Part shown: positions 46,901 to 59,800 of the stretch, in pieces
Numbering within the stretch: the first letter of the stretch is position 1
How the letters are laid out: each line of letters starts with the position of its first letter
Source: Lama glama
Lineage: Eukaryota
Length of the DNA: 64,000 nt
Direction of reading: 5' to 3'
Assembly (NCBI GenBank): GCA_028534125.1
Contig: CM052838.1
Span: forward strand, 65,596,001 to 65,660,000
Notes under the pieces: generated by a model
Databases searched by the model: none
Told to the model about the DNA's origin: nothing
What the model saw: the letters and a program-made list of their open reading frames with translations, nothing else
Made by a program: the position numbers and the translations under genes

Positions 46901-49900
46901 CTGTGCTCTGTGGCCCGGCCCTCGGCCCGCTGCCCTCCCGCAACCCCCAGCGCGTGGCCTCTGTTCCCCTCAACTTGCCCTCGGGTCCCGTCCGGCAGCC
47001 TGAAACATCACCGTCCCTCCCCCCCTGGGCTGCGGAGGAGTCACCAGCCTGTTCTCGGCAAAGCCCTCGCAGACCTTCCCGGGTCGCCTGGTGGGCAGGG
47101 GGGCCAGCAGCGCTGCTGGTCACGCTCCCACTTCTGTGCGGGCAGATTTGTGCTCCCAGAGCCTCCTTCTCCCTCGGTGTCCCTTGACATCCCTTGATGT
47201 CCCTTGAAGTCCTGAGACCCAGGTGGAGCAGTAGGGGTCTGCCTGGAAAGGGCGGGGTCGGGGAGAGGGGTGGGAACATTTGCTTCACAGTGACACGGCT
47301 GTGGGCTGCCCGGCGGAGACCCCTAAGGTCTTAGTCAGACTGAGTTCCTTCCTTGTCCTTCCCAGACCCTCTGCACAAAGGCCACGATGCAGACAGTCCG
47401 GGCCGCTGACACCAATGAGGTCGTGAAGCTGATATTCCGCGAGTCAGACAATGACCGGAAGGTGAGCGCCCACGGCGGTGGTTAGGGCCGCACCGGGGTG
47501 GGGTGTCTGTGAAAAGTCTCAAAGAGATACAGATTACCTCGCCCGGCAGGTGACACTCCAGCTGGAGAAGAAGCTCTTCGACTACGTGAACCAGGAGGTG
47601 TTCCGGGACAACAACGGCACCGCGGTGAGTGCGCCGTCCGGTGCCCCGTGCGGCCGGGGGGCCTGACTCCGCCTCCTGCTACCTCTGCCGGCCCAGGACT
47701 GAGGTCCTGGTGCTGTCCCAGCCCGGAGGCGGGTCTGGACCCTCACCCTCCCATCACTTCTCTGCCAGCCTGTTCCTGGGTGTGGCCTGTTCGCTGGCCG
47801 GGGCCACGGCCAGCGGCCTCCCTGCCCTGGGGTGCACATCACAGCTGTCACACTGTCTCTGATGCATCCCCACTGGACACACCCCTCACAGGTCAGCCCC
47901 TGGTCCCCTTCCGCCTCAGCTCAGCTCTTGTGCCCTGGCAACCCTGGGTGGCCCGGTCACCTGCTGGGTCTTGAATTTCCGTCTCACTTGTGGCGACGCG
48001 CGGTGCTCCAGGCTGTGCCCAGGGAGTGGGAGGTTCCGAGGAGGGCACACGGCCAGTCCTAGGTAGCAGGCCGCACAGGCTCTGCCCAGCCCTGTGCCCC
48101 TGAGTCCGCTGCACTGCACAGAGCCACCCCCATCCCGCTCCTTTCCTCCCCCGGGTCACCCCCAGCCCCTTGCTCCCTCATGTCCAGCAGCCTCTGAGCC
48201 TGGACTCTCTCCACACCCCCAAGTCCATCCCTCCCTCCCCCGGGCCCTCACCTGCTGAAGGAGCCCCTCACTGCCTTCCTGCACCCCTGCCCCTCTGTCC
48301 ACCCCAGCCTGGAGCCCAGCCAGCCCGGGGCTTGTCATGGCTTCTGGCCCTCAGCCACTTCCCACCTCATCGGGTAAAGCCTGGGCCCCTGACTCCTCTC
48401 CCACGGGGGCTCCGAGCTCCCCTCCCCTCCTGCCCCACCCCACCCTCCTCTCAGTGCACCCGGCTCGCTGCTGTCCCAGCGGACGCCCTGAGCCTCCTGC
48501 CCCTTCCACCCACCTGCTGCCCTGCGGACACTCACTCATCCCCTCGGCCAGATTGTCTCTCTGCTCTTTGACAGCCTTGGGTCCCGGTGAGGTGGGCTCC
48601 TCCTGTGTTCCCGCAGCACCCACACTCAAGATGCTGATGGCTCAGCCTCAGTTCTGCTGAGCAGGAGGCTCCGTGGGGCGGGGGCCGTGTCCAGCTGCTG
48701 CCTGCCCTGAAGAGGGAAGCGTCCCAGTGACATCAGCAGGGCCTGGAGCACATGGGGCAGGTGTGGGGATGCGGGTGCCCACTGTGCCCGAGTGGAGGAG
48801 ACTTGGGGAGCTGTCCCCTCCCTGGGCAGCTGTGTGGCCATCTGAGCTTGGAGAAGGCCAGGCGGGGGTGGGCCTTGAGGGCTCCCAGCACAAAGACAGC
48901 CCCTCAAAGCCGGGGGCAGAGTGGCCACCTGGGCAAGCGGAAAGCGAAGGCTCCCGGGAGAAGAGTGGACATGGGGAGTGTGGTGCGGGGCAGCCGGGCC
49001 AGAATGTCTCGGGAGGAGCCGGGGGCCTGGTGGGAAGGGAGAAGCGTGGGTCTGCGGCAGGGTGTGCGGCGGAGGCGGGGGTGCGTCCTGCTGAGGCAGA
49101 GAGCGCGTCGCCCCCATTAGAAGAAGTCTTTCTGTATGAAGTTGGGTCTCTTTTTGAGGTGGAGGAAAATTAGCCTGAATATTTGGAGGAGGTTTTGAGT
49201 CTGACCCTAAGATGAAGAGGCGCAGTGGAGGTGCGCAGAGAGGAGGTTTGGCGTGGGTTTTTGGAGAGGCCCGCGGACCCCCCACCGGTGTCAGGAGTCC
49301 CCTGTCGTGACGGGGCTAGGCCAGCAGTGCCGCGCCTGTCCTGCTGCTCAGCGCGTGCGTCCCCGCGTGGGTCACAGGCAGGAGGCGGGTCGCCGCCCTG
49401 GGTGGGGGGGGCGGGGAGGGATAGGCGGCCCGAGGAGCCCCTGAGGCCGGGAGCAAACTGCCCGTCGCAGGATGGATGTGCTGCACCGGCCACGGCCCCA
49501 AATCCATCGCTTCCTTGATCAACCGCCGGTCTTGTTCCCGGCTGACAGAAATTTAATTCGAGCTGGCTCTGAAAANNNNNNNNNNNNNNNNNNNNNNNNN
49601 NNNNNNNNNNNNNNNNNNNNNNNNNNNNNNNNNNNNNNNNNNNNNNNNNNNNNNNNNNNNNNNNNNNNNNNNNNNNNNNNNNNNNNNNNNNNNNNNNNNN
49701 NNNNNNNNNNNNNNNNNNNNNNNNNNNNNNNNNNNNNNNNNNNNNNNNNNNNNNNGAGATTAAATTTTCCGCGGCTGTCCCAGGGCAGGGCTCGGGAATT
49801 TTCACAGCACTCGGCCTGTTGGATAGAGATGTTTTCTGTGTGTTTAGCAACTGCTCCAGCTCAGGCGCATTGATTTTCCAGCCTCTTTTCCTTTATCAGC

Positions 49901-50847
49901 GCGGTGGCTCTGCAGTAACAGAGGAATTTGTGCGGCCGGGACAGCTGCTGACAGATACACACGATCAGGCCGCTTTATCATTGTCCATACACGCCCTGCG
50001 CTGGTTTTCACTTTGTAATCAAGAAGAATGTTTAAGATACATGTGAGATTGGTTATCGTATTTGTGAAAAATCTCAAAGAGATACAGATTACCATTTCAA
50101 CAGAAATGCAATGTAATTTCTAATCAGAAACTTCTCAGGCCGGCGTTCTGTGCCGCAGCCGCGGCTACAGCTGCATTATTTCCGTGGCCGCGAGGCGTGG
50201 AGCCCTGGGCGCTCCCACGGGGGCGGGTCCCACTGCCTGTCAGGGTCGGCTGGACAGCAGGGCAGCTCGGCTCAGGGCCTAGGGCCGGATCAGGGCTTAG
50301 GAGTCCAGGCTGCAGCGCAGTTTGTGTGGCCATGGGCTCACCTCTGCCTGCCCGGGCTGGACGGTCCTGGAAGCCAGGTCGGTCCGGTGGTGGTGTGGCC
50401 TTTGGTGGAGCATCCAGCTCAGAACCTGGCGCTCGGAGAGGCCTCCTGTCACTTGTTGAATCAGAACGAAGGTGGGTCCCCGTTTCCGGTCTCCACTTAC
50501 ACGACAGGCAGGTTATCAAACCCTGGGGTGCTCTGAGGGCGGTGCCGCCCGGAGAATGTGGGGGTCGGTGTGGCTAGGGCCTGGTGTGGGCCTGGGACGG
50601 GAACAGGACAGCCGGACACCTACAGGGCTGAGTCCTCCCCAAACTGGCTCTGTAAACTGTTGTAGCAGCTGGAAGATTCCAACTCATTCCAAACCAGGTG
50701 TTTATTTGCTGTCATCTTGAGTTCAACCCCGGACAAGTGGTAGCGGGGGCCTCAAGCAGCCCACAGGGAGCGGTGAGCCCGTCTCCGGCCCGGAGCCTCT
50801 CTGCTCCGTCCTCCGCAGGTGTCTGGCTCCCCTGCCTCCTTGCTGCG

Positions 50848-50882
<35 letters not shown>

Positions 50883-53800
50883 TGGTTTGCTTTTAACTAG
50901 AAAGTTCCCACAAGCCCCTCCCAGCAGTGGTCTGGACGAGGGCCCCGTGGACCTCTGGGCAGGTGCTGACCACTTTGCAGGTCTCTTCGAGGCTGAACTA
51001 AATCGGGCGTGTTCAGTGGGTGGGGAAAGAAGGGTGCCCCCAGTGCGCTCGCACTCAGACTCGGGCACATGAGACCCGGCACCCCTGCCAGCACGGGGGC
51101 AGGCGTGCCGCCCCCTCGCCCTGCAGTCCCTGGGCGTGTCCCAAGGGGGTCGTGGGGACCAGCAGCCACAGCCGCCAGCTGTTTGCTGGCCAGATACTCG
51201 GTGCAGAAGTGAAGGTGGTGACATGCTCAGTTACTCTGGTCCATGACTCTTTGGCTCAGTTAGAAATTGAAAAACAAAACACACACATGGGCCTGTATGT
51301 GTGCATGTGTGAGTGGAGCCCTCGGTCCAGTGTCCAGCGTCCTCTCACAGCGTTTGAGGGGAGTGAGGATCTGGTCCACCCACAGCGCCCCCACAACCTG
51401 GTCCAGGGGGCCGGTTTTGCAGGAGGTAGTGGGTGGCGATGTCTCAGTGCAGATGTGGAGAGAAGCAGCCACTGTCAGAGAGAGCATCGGGGCGCTGTGC
51501 CGTCCTTATCTCCTGAGGGACTTTGAGGTGGTTCTCGCACTTGTGTGGGGCCCTGGGGATTCTCACTGCTGCCGCCTCGAGCCAGGCCCTGGTCTGGGTG
51601 AACCCAGCCCCCAGGGCAGCGGGCTGCAGGGACAGAGGAGATGCAGGTGCCAGCAAACACGGAAGCGGCACCTCTCCAGGATGAGGGGAGACCTGCTGGG
51701 GTGTCCCTGGGGTAGGGGGACACAGGAGGCAGGCCCCATCCTGTCCGCTTCCTGCTGGGGGTCTGTCCGGGGGAGGGGAGCTGTCCAGGGCGAGGGGGTG
51801 GGGAGCGACACCTGAGCAACATCTGATGAGAGGCTGGAGCCTGGTGAGTGGGGCTGGACCTGCTGGCCGGGGCCGGGCCTGCTGTCCATACCGCGCTTTG
51901 CAGGCTGGGGCCTGGGAGACGTCCAGGGTCCCGGGTGGCTCTGGGACTTCCCTTCAAAGTGTGAGGAGGAGAAGTAAGCGTCTGTCCCCACACCTTGGAG
52001 CTGCTGGGGCTACGTTCTAAGTGCGTGGTAAGAGCCCGGGTCCTGGTCTGCTGTTCCCGACTCCAGCGGCCATCTCCTGCAGGGCAGGCCCATGTCCCCT
52101 GCCCCGTGAAGACTCTGCGAGTGAAGGTCCCTGAAGACAGGCTTGCAGTCCAGGTGCGAGAAGTGTAGGGGGTGCTCCGAGCAGCAAGCATCTGGGGACG
52201 TCAGGTAACTGAATACTTGACAAAACTGTAAGATGAGAACATTTTAAATTATTAAAAACATGAAAGAATCAGAAACATACATAAATGCCACACCTGAAAA
52301 AAGCAGGCAGACTAGAAAATGCACAGAGCTCCCGGAAGCGCAGCCCTGACGTGGACGCCTCCGTGGACGGCCTGAGGGCCGCACAGACCCAGCCGGGCAG
52401 CAGCCCCTGAAGTGGACGCCTCCGTGGACGGCCTGGGGGCCGCACAGACCCAGCCGGGCAGCAGCCCCTGAAGTGGACGCCTCCGTGGACGGCCTGGGGG
52501 CCGCACAGACCCAGCCGGGCAGCAGCTGGGAGCGACCCGCACAGCGCGGGCATGGGGGGGGCGTCGTGGTCCCCAGGAGCTCGATGGGCCCCGAGCCCCA
52601 AACACAAAGACAAGACTGAGGGCGGCCTGAGGACAGCGATGGGCCACCAACAGGAAGGGCCCCGGACCACAGAGCCAGAGATGCTGGAGGGGTCGCCGGA
52701 GGAGCAAGGAGGCCGGGGTGACGGGGCCGATAGGGGCCCCGGGGGGTGAGAGAAGCAGGAGTGAGAACGTGCTGTGTGCGCTCTGTGGGCACACGTGCAC
52801 CTGTCACCAGGGGGAAGGGACGGGCCGCGTGGACTCACTGTTTCCAGAACGTTTCCTTTCTTCTCTAAGAGGCTGGGGTTTGGAAAAACTTAGAAGATGT
52901 GGGAGCTCTCGGTGGGGAAGCACGGCTGCTCACCGCCCACGCTTCCCCAGACGCTGGACCGGGTCGTCGCGGAAAGGGCAGCTGCCGCCAGCATTTGGTT
53001 AAATGGCCGATTAGCGGGGGAGGTGCTTTCACCGTCCTTCAGGGGCAGCCCCTCTGACCCTACCGCCGCTCAGAACCACAGCCGCACCCCGGGGCCACAC
53101 CCCTCCGCAGGCCGGCCCCTCTGCGTCAGGGCCGTCCTCCTGTCCCCTCTGGGGAGGCTGAGGATTCACGCCCCGGAATGATGAACCGCGGGTGCGTGTG
53201 CGATGTGAGGGCAGCCCCAGGCACACACGTCCACGCAGACGCACATAAGAGCGGCCTGGCCCCGGCCCCACAAGCACACTTCACCTTGAAGAGGCAGCTC
53301 CTCCCCAGACTCCTCCCCATCCCCAGCCCCTGGGGAGCTGACTTGGAGCCTTCCAGAACCTGTCTGGCCTGGAGTGCATTTCTTCTCGACTCCCCACCCG
53401 GTCCTGCCTCCCCAGCTGCACCCCGGGCCCCCAGCAGGGCTGTCGGGTGGTGCTGAGTAGGGTGGGGTTGCCACTCGCCCTCGTTAGTGGCTGCTGGGGC
53501 TCACAGGGGGCCCCTGTGGGGTCCGGCACCTGAGCCGGGCCAGGTGGGTCTGCGGCTCTCTGTGAGCCTGATACTGGGTGTCCAGATTCTGCAGGGACCT
53601 GTGTGGGGTTGAGGTTAGGCAACTGTTCTGAAACAGCCCGGTTTGTGCCAAAGGAGCTGGGGTTCACTGCCCCCAGAGCCATAAACACCATGAACCTGCT
53701 GGCGGAGATGCAGCCCTGCCGCCCTCTGTGCTCCCCGAGGAAAGCCACTCAGCCCACGGTGGCCACGGCTGGTGTTCCACAGCGGCCCGTTCGGGGTAAT

Positions 53801-56800
53801 AACTGTGCACGGCGCCTAACCACGCGCTCCGGGAGCGACGGACAGGGCAGCAGCCAGGAGGGGAGGGCGCAGTGGGGCTTCCAGGGACCCAAACACAGCT
53901 GTGGGCCGTGATGGGTGGACGTGTCCCCAGGGTGTGACAACGATGGCGGCCAGATGCCGCCCGTGGTGCCCTTTTCTCTTGGGGGCCCAAGGCCCACGGG
54001 GTGTGGCTCTGAGGAGTCCCTCGGGGGCCGAGTGGCTCTGTCAGTTTCCCGCCCAAGGTCTCTGCTGGAGTCTCCTGTGTGCAAACAGGGGTCCGCTTCC
54101 CGTCTTCCTCTGTGAGGCCGACAGTCTTACGCTTAGCTGGCCACTACCCTAGCGTGCAGGCACTGCAGAGGTGATGCCCAAGCCCGCGTGGCTGCACCAT
54201 GTGGTTTCCGCAGAGCAAGGTGGCCCTGCGTGGCCGGTCAGCATGTGCAGTGTGGAGTCCAGGAGGGAGCTGGGTCCAGAGGGGCCTGCAGGGCGCCCAC
54301 GGAGCTTTCTGGCCACACCGGCTGGGTGACATGCAGGGCAGGTGGAGGCGGGAGCCACGGGTTTCCCAGGAGTGACGGGGGTCCCCACTGCAGACAGACC
54401 CCTCCCCCAGGGCCTCTCAGTGCCCCCAGGACAGCAAAGCAAAGTAACTTTATTTTCTGGTTTTTTTTCCTTTAGCTCTTGGAATTCGACAAAGAGCTGT
54501 CTGTCTTCAAGGACAGGCTGTGTGAACTGGACATCTCGTTCCCTCCCAGGTGAGGAGCGTGCTCATGGGCCAGCAGTTGCCCGCCCTCCTGTTCCCGCAT
54601 CTGTGCACCGCCTGCTGCCTCCACAGCCTGGAGGCCCGCCACAGAGCGCAGGGCTCTGCCCCTGGTTCCACCGTGGCCTCCAGTTTGCCTGCTCTGAGTT
54701 CTGGAACTCTGGGACCGTGGTGGGGTGGGTTTTGGCTCTGTCTGTCTGTTTTTGGCTTTCTCGGGTACCTCAGCTTTTGCTGTGTCTGACTCTGACGTTT
54801 ACAGAGTTCAGACCTGCAGCAAAAACAACACGTTCCTTTCTGACCAGCCCCAGAGGTGCTGCCCCAGACAGGCCCGGGCCACAGAGGGGCATGAGGTAAG
54901 GAGAGGGCCCAGAATGCTAGGCAGGTGCGGGGCCCGTGGGACTCAGCCTACCTTCAGCACCCTCCGGCCCGCCGCCTGGAAGGACTTGGACACCCCGTCA
55001 CGCCCGGCTTTCAGGGCCTCCTGGACTTTTCCCCTCGTCATCCACACAGCAAATGCACTGCAGGCTGGCCGAGCGGTCCTGGCCCCTGTCCTGGTGGTGG
55101 CCAGCTCTCCGGCCGCCCCGTGGCAGGGGGTGTGGGGCTCAGTGCAGAGCCTGGGGCGTCCAGGCCGTGGCCAGTCGTACACCCGGGATAGTCCCTGGAG
55201 ATGGTCCATCAGCGGACGGGGCTCCTGACCAGCGGCCGGGGGTCCTTTCCCACAGAGCTGTCTGTTACTGTTCTCCGCGGAGTGATGGAACCTGGCTCCT
55301 GATGGACTGCGACCTAGTGCTGTGCGCCACTTTGCTGGACGAGGTGCTGACGTTTCAGACCTCTGCAGACCCTTCAGTTCTTGTTCTTCGCAGCTGCCTG
55401 CGGTCACGTGTAGCACGTTCACCCCAGACAACTACCCAAGTGACCGGGTGGGGGGGTCGGAGGCAGAGTGCGCAGCCAGGCCAGGCCAGTGGGCCCAGGG
55501 GCTGCCCCACCACAGAGACCCTGCGGGCCCCACCCCTGCATCCGGGGTGATACCCGCCAATCCCGCCAGGCCACATGAAGGCCTTTAACGCCATGTAGTG
55601 TTACCAGGAACTGGTGACAAAAAGACTTCAAGTTTGTGCTTAGACTAATCTTGGTGGACAGAGACCACAAGGCTGGCCTGGCACAAGCTGTGCCCACCTG
55701 GCTCCTCTCTGTAACCAGCCGGCGTTGAGCTGACCCAGAGCTGACCATGGGACTAGTTGTTCCTGGTTGACGGGGTGATGCGTTGTCAGCTGCCACCCCC
55801 GGTGCCCAGGGCCCTCAGAGAGACAAGCGGCGCTGACCACCCTCCGGCCTCCGGCCCAGGGTCCGCTCACAGCTCCCACTCCAAGCCCAGCTTCGGGCTG
55901 ACGGCAGGAGCCCCAGGGTGGCCCAGCGTGAACAGCTCAAAGGTGACCACTGACGCCTCTGCCCTCTGCATCCTAGCCAGCTGGGAATTTTCTAACTTAC
56001 AATTCAATTCTGAGCGAAATTGTCATTGGTTTTAAAATAAGGACGTCAAAGTGGGAAGACGGGGTGGTTTAGCTGCCTTTTTCGCTAATGTGGCCGTGGT
56101 GGCATCTCCATGGCCCTGGACCCAAGTCCCCCTGGGACGGTGCCCGCTCCCTTCTGGGCGGCTGCTCCACAGTGCTCCCTCCCACTGCCCAGAACAGCCC
56201 ATGTGAAGCCTCCCTTCCCTGGAACCGGACGATTCCCGAACGCAGCAGACTGCGCCCCACAGCTCCCGTCTCGTCCCACCGACTCCGAGACACTGGGTGT
56301 CCCAGACTCGGGAGTCAAGGAGTCACATACAGCTTTGCCTGCACCTTGGGGCCGCGGCCAGGTTCCTGCCGGGGCAGCGCCGACACTGTGACAACAGGCC
56401 AGTCTACCTGTGATTGTGAACATGGAGTTTACCTTCCAGACCCCTGAGAGGGCCTCAGGGACCCCAGAGGTCCTCACGTCACAGCTAGAGCCAGCCCCAA
56501 ACAGGAAGGAGTCTAAAGGCTGTTGATAGCGGAACGGATATTTGCGCTGAATTCCGCAGCCGGCACTGCATCACGCGAGTCTGGAGGCAAATCTGAACAG
56601 GAGTGTGCGCAAGCAGGCCGGGGTCACGACCCTTGACCTCCCAGGCCGTGGTGGAGGGCATGGGGCTGCTGGACGTGACGGGGGCTGGGCTCTGCCTGGT
56701 ACCTGTGCCTGGTACAGAACGAGGTCAGCGAGAAGGTGGGAAGGTGTCCAGTCCCGGCTGCACCCACCGTTTGGTGTGTCCGGCTTATCCAGGGAAGCCC

Positions 56801-59800
56801 CCACCGTCCCAGAGGCAGGTGCGCGCCCCACGGTGGGACGGGGTGTTTCTACGGGGAGGTGAGCCACAGGGAAGGGCCAAGCGGCGGTCTTTGAAAAAGA
56901 CGAAGCCCCACAGAACACAGGGATAAGCGCATCCCGAGCCGGGGGGGCTGTCCTCCTAAAGTGGGCCATTCATTTTCATATGAACCCTCAGAGGCTCTTC
57001 TCAGACTTTCCTGTGGCCAGAACTTAAAGCTGGACCGCCTGTGGGTTCCTGCCTGTAACGAATACAAAATGGTGACGTTCGAACAAGAAGGCCGGGCTCC
57101 CTGCTGCATGCCACGCCTGGTGCTCGGGGAGGGAGCCCAGGCGGCCCTTTGTCCAGCTGGTCCCCGAGCCCTGGCTGGACGTGGCCCACACGGACACGTG
57201 GGGCAAGTGCTGAAGGGCAGGGGCACAGCACGGGTCCCCTGGGGCGCCGGCCGGTCACCCCACGTGCCCCGTGCCTGGAGGAGGGTCGGCCCTGCGCCTC
57301 TGACCGCGGGACCCACCTGGGACGCCTGCTCCTCATCTCCACTCGGCAGCTGAGCGCCGCTGCCGGTCCCGGCACAGCTGTGCCCCTCCTCCCTCCGTCT
57401 TCTGGGAATCTCAGTAACTGCCAGCGTTTGGCAGCCCAGTATTTGAGCGGCCACTGCTTGTTGGCCTCCGGAACTCACACATGCACACGGGGACCTGCCG
57501 CTCCGGGCGCTCTGAAGCCACTGAGTCGGCCCTCCCCACAGCGGTGCTGTGACCTGGGGACACTGAATTTTACCAGGCAAGAATCCGAGGCGGGGCCTCT
57601 GTCCCCACCCTCCCTGGGGGCCTCAGGCAGCACCCCTGCTTCTCCACTCCCACTTTGGTACAGAACCAGACGTGATCGGGCCTGGTTCAGGGGCCCCGCG
57701 CCGTCCACCTCTTGAGCCNNNNNNNNNNNNNNNNNNNNNNNNNNNNNNNNNNNNNNNNNNNNNNNNNNNNNNNNNNNNNNNNNNNNNNNNNNNNNNNNNN
57801 NNNNNNNNNNNNNNNNNNGGCCGTCAGTCCCCACCGTGTGGAGCTTGGGCTGGGCTGCCATGTCCCGTGTCCCCACCCTGCACAGGGTTTGCTTTCAGAT
57901 AAGTCTGCGTGCACAGCACTGCATTAATCATCACCCACGCTGGGGCTCAGCGGTCAGGTCCCAGGCAGGCAGCACTCCGGCCATCCTCACAGCGGCCGGG
58001 GCAGGGCCTCACCGTGGGGAGGACGCATGTGAGGCCGCCCAGCCCTCCCTCCCTGCCCCGGAGCCCACGCTGGCCTCCCGGGACCCACCGGCACCAGCAC
58101 TGCCCTGCCTGCTCCCTGGTTCTGGGAGGTGCTGCGCCCCTTCCTGGGTGTGGCTGCGGGGAGGGTTGCTTGTCTATGAGGGGGAGGGTGCTGCCCCCAA
58201 CAGCCCTGCCCGCTCCAGCCAGGGCCCCTCAGGGCCAGCTTCTCAGTCCTGTTGAATCAGATGTGGATGCGCCCGCAGCAGGGGGATCTGCCCGAGCAGG
58301 GAGGGGCCAGGGCCTCCTGGGACCCGGGGAACCCCTGCTGGGCGCTGGGCGCTGGGCTTGAAGGCCCAGTGGGAGATCGGCCCCAGGCCTCCCGGGCTGT
58401 TCCCTGTCACTCCCCACCATCCCTGCGACGCCCCACCAGCTCCTGGCATGGCCGGGCTGAACAGGGCCCAGCGCTCTGTGATCATGGGCCCAGGGTGTGC
58501 GAGGAGCAGCTCTTACACACCTGCCTTTCGTGTGCTGTTTCTCACCCGGGACCACACACTAACGCTGATCCCGGTCTTGAATTAAGTAAATTCCTCTGGG
58601 GGCTGGGGTGGTACGTCGTGGTTTCCAGTGAAAGCATTTGTGTCCGACTGGAGATGGAGGAGGCTGAGAACCGTTAACTTAGGTTCTCCGGACCCTGACC
58701 GAGCTCTCAAGGCCTGGCCATGCAGAGAGGGAGGAGGGCGCCAAGGCCTCGCCAGCCAGGGCCCAGGATGGAGCAGCCCAGAAAGCCAGTCTCATTTCCT
58801 CCACCAGCGGCAACAAGAAAATTTAATAGACAGTAAGGAGCCATGCACAGCAAACACCATGTGGCATTTCAGAATTGACCCCAAATGTGTTAGACAAGGA
58901 ATGATTTTAGGCCGTACTGAAGGCCACACGAGATGTGCCGGCCTCCTACTCAGGGTGCATGCTCAGCACGGCTGGGGGTCTCCCCAAAGCCAGTCCACTC
59001 CAAGTTACGTTCCCCTACTGTTGGTTCAGGGCAGTCCCAATCAAAATGCCCACTGCGGGGGTGGGGGTGGGGGTGGCAGTTTTAAATGGACCAGGCAGGG
59101 CCTACTGGGCAGTGCAGAGCCCGGAGGCAGGAGCTCCGGGGAGTTCTGGAGACAGGAGGGAGCCACCCCCAGGCCAAGGAGCTCGAGGGGCCTCAGCCAG
59201 ACAGCGGCCAGACGCTGTGGACGAAGGGGGCGGCCACCTGCTCTCCCATGCTGCCCGGCCAGTAGGTCAGTGGGTCAGTCGGCTCTGCTGGCTCCATCCC
59301 CGAGGGGGCCCCAGGCCTCCCCCGGTGGCCAAGCCCCGTCAGTGGGCGGGAAGCGGGAGCCTGTGTGGCCAGGGCAGCGCGTCAGGGACAGGCACACGCT
59401 CCGCCACAGTGATGACCCAAGACCCTCTGCAGCGGGGGTGCCTGGGTGGGACCGGGGTGTGCCGTCTGTTTGCGCCCAGCTGTCCCGAGTGCTCGGCTGG
59501 TTTTCTTTGTGCTTCAGGCCACTTCCAAAAATAAAACCAAGGTTAGTAGAAGACTCCATCCTTGAAGGAAATGGTTAATCCGAAGTGCTGGGCCGGGACC
59601 GCCCTCTGACTGTCCTAGGAGCTGCTGTCCGCCCGCCCGTTCTTTCCCTTTTCCCTGGACACTGCTGGCCTTCCTGGGGTGCGTGGGGGAGAGTCCGCTC
59701 GGCCCTCCCCTCGGGGGTGGAGGAGGGGCTGCAGCCACTGCGCTGACCGGCGCCTTCCTGCCCCGTCTCCCCAGCTACCCGTACAGCGAGGACTCCAGCC

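Noticed and set aside
48190-48665. Possible L2 relic (pyrimidine-rich stretch)
   Set aside because: Similarity is too weak to support by eye; needs a Dfam search.
52244-52838. Repeat-containing proteins on the minus strand
   Set aside because: The peptide repeats simply translate the 61-bp minisatellite in rotating frames; there is no evidence of coding.
58628-59578. Longest track ORF (316 aa) and other long ORFs such as 32860-33789, 36193-37113, 17199-18032 and 4292-5065
   Set aside because: Low-complexity Pro/Gly/Ala/Arg-rich translations that overlap in several frames and show no recognisable domain; expected from stop-codon scarcity in GC-rich intron DNA.
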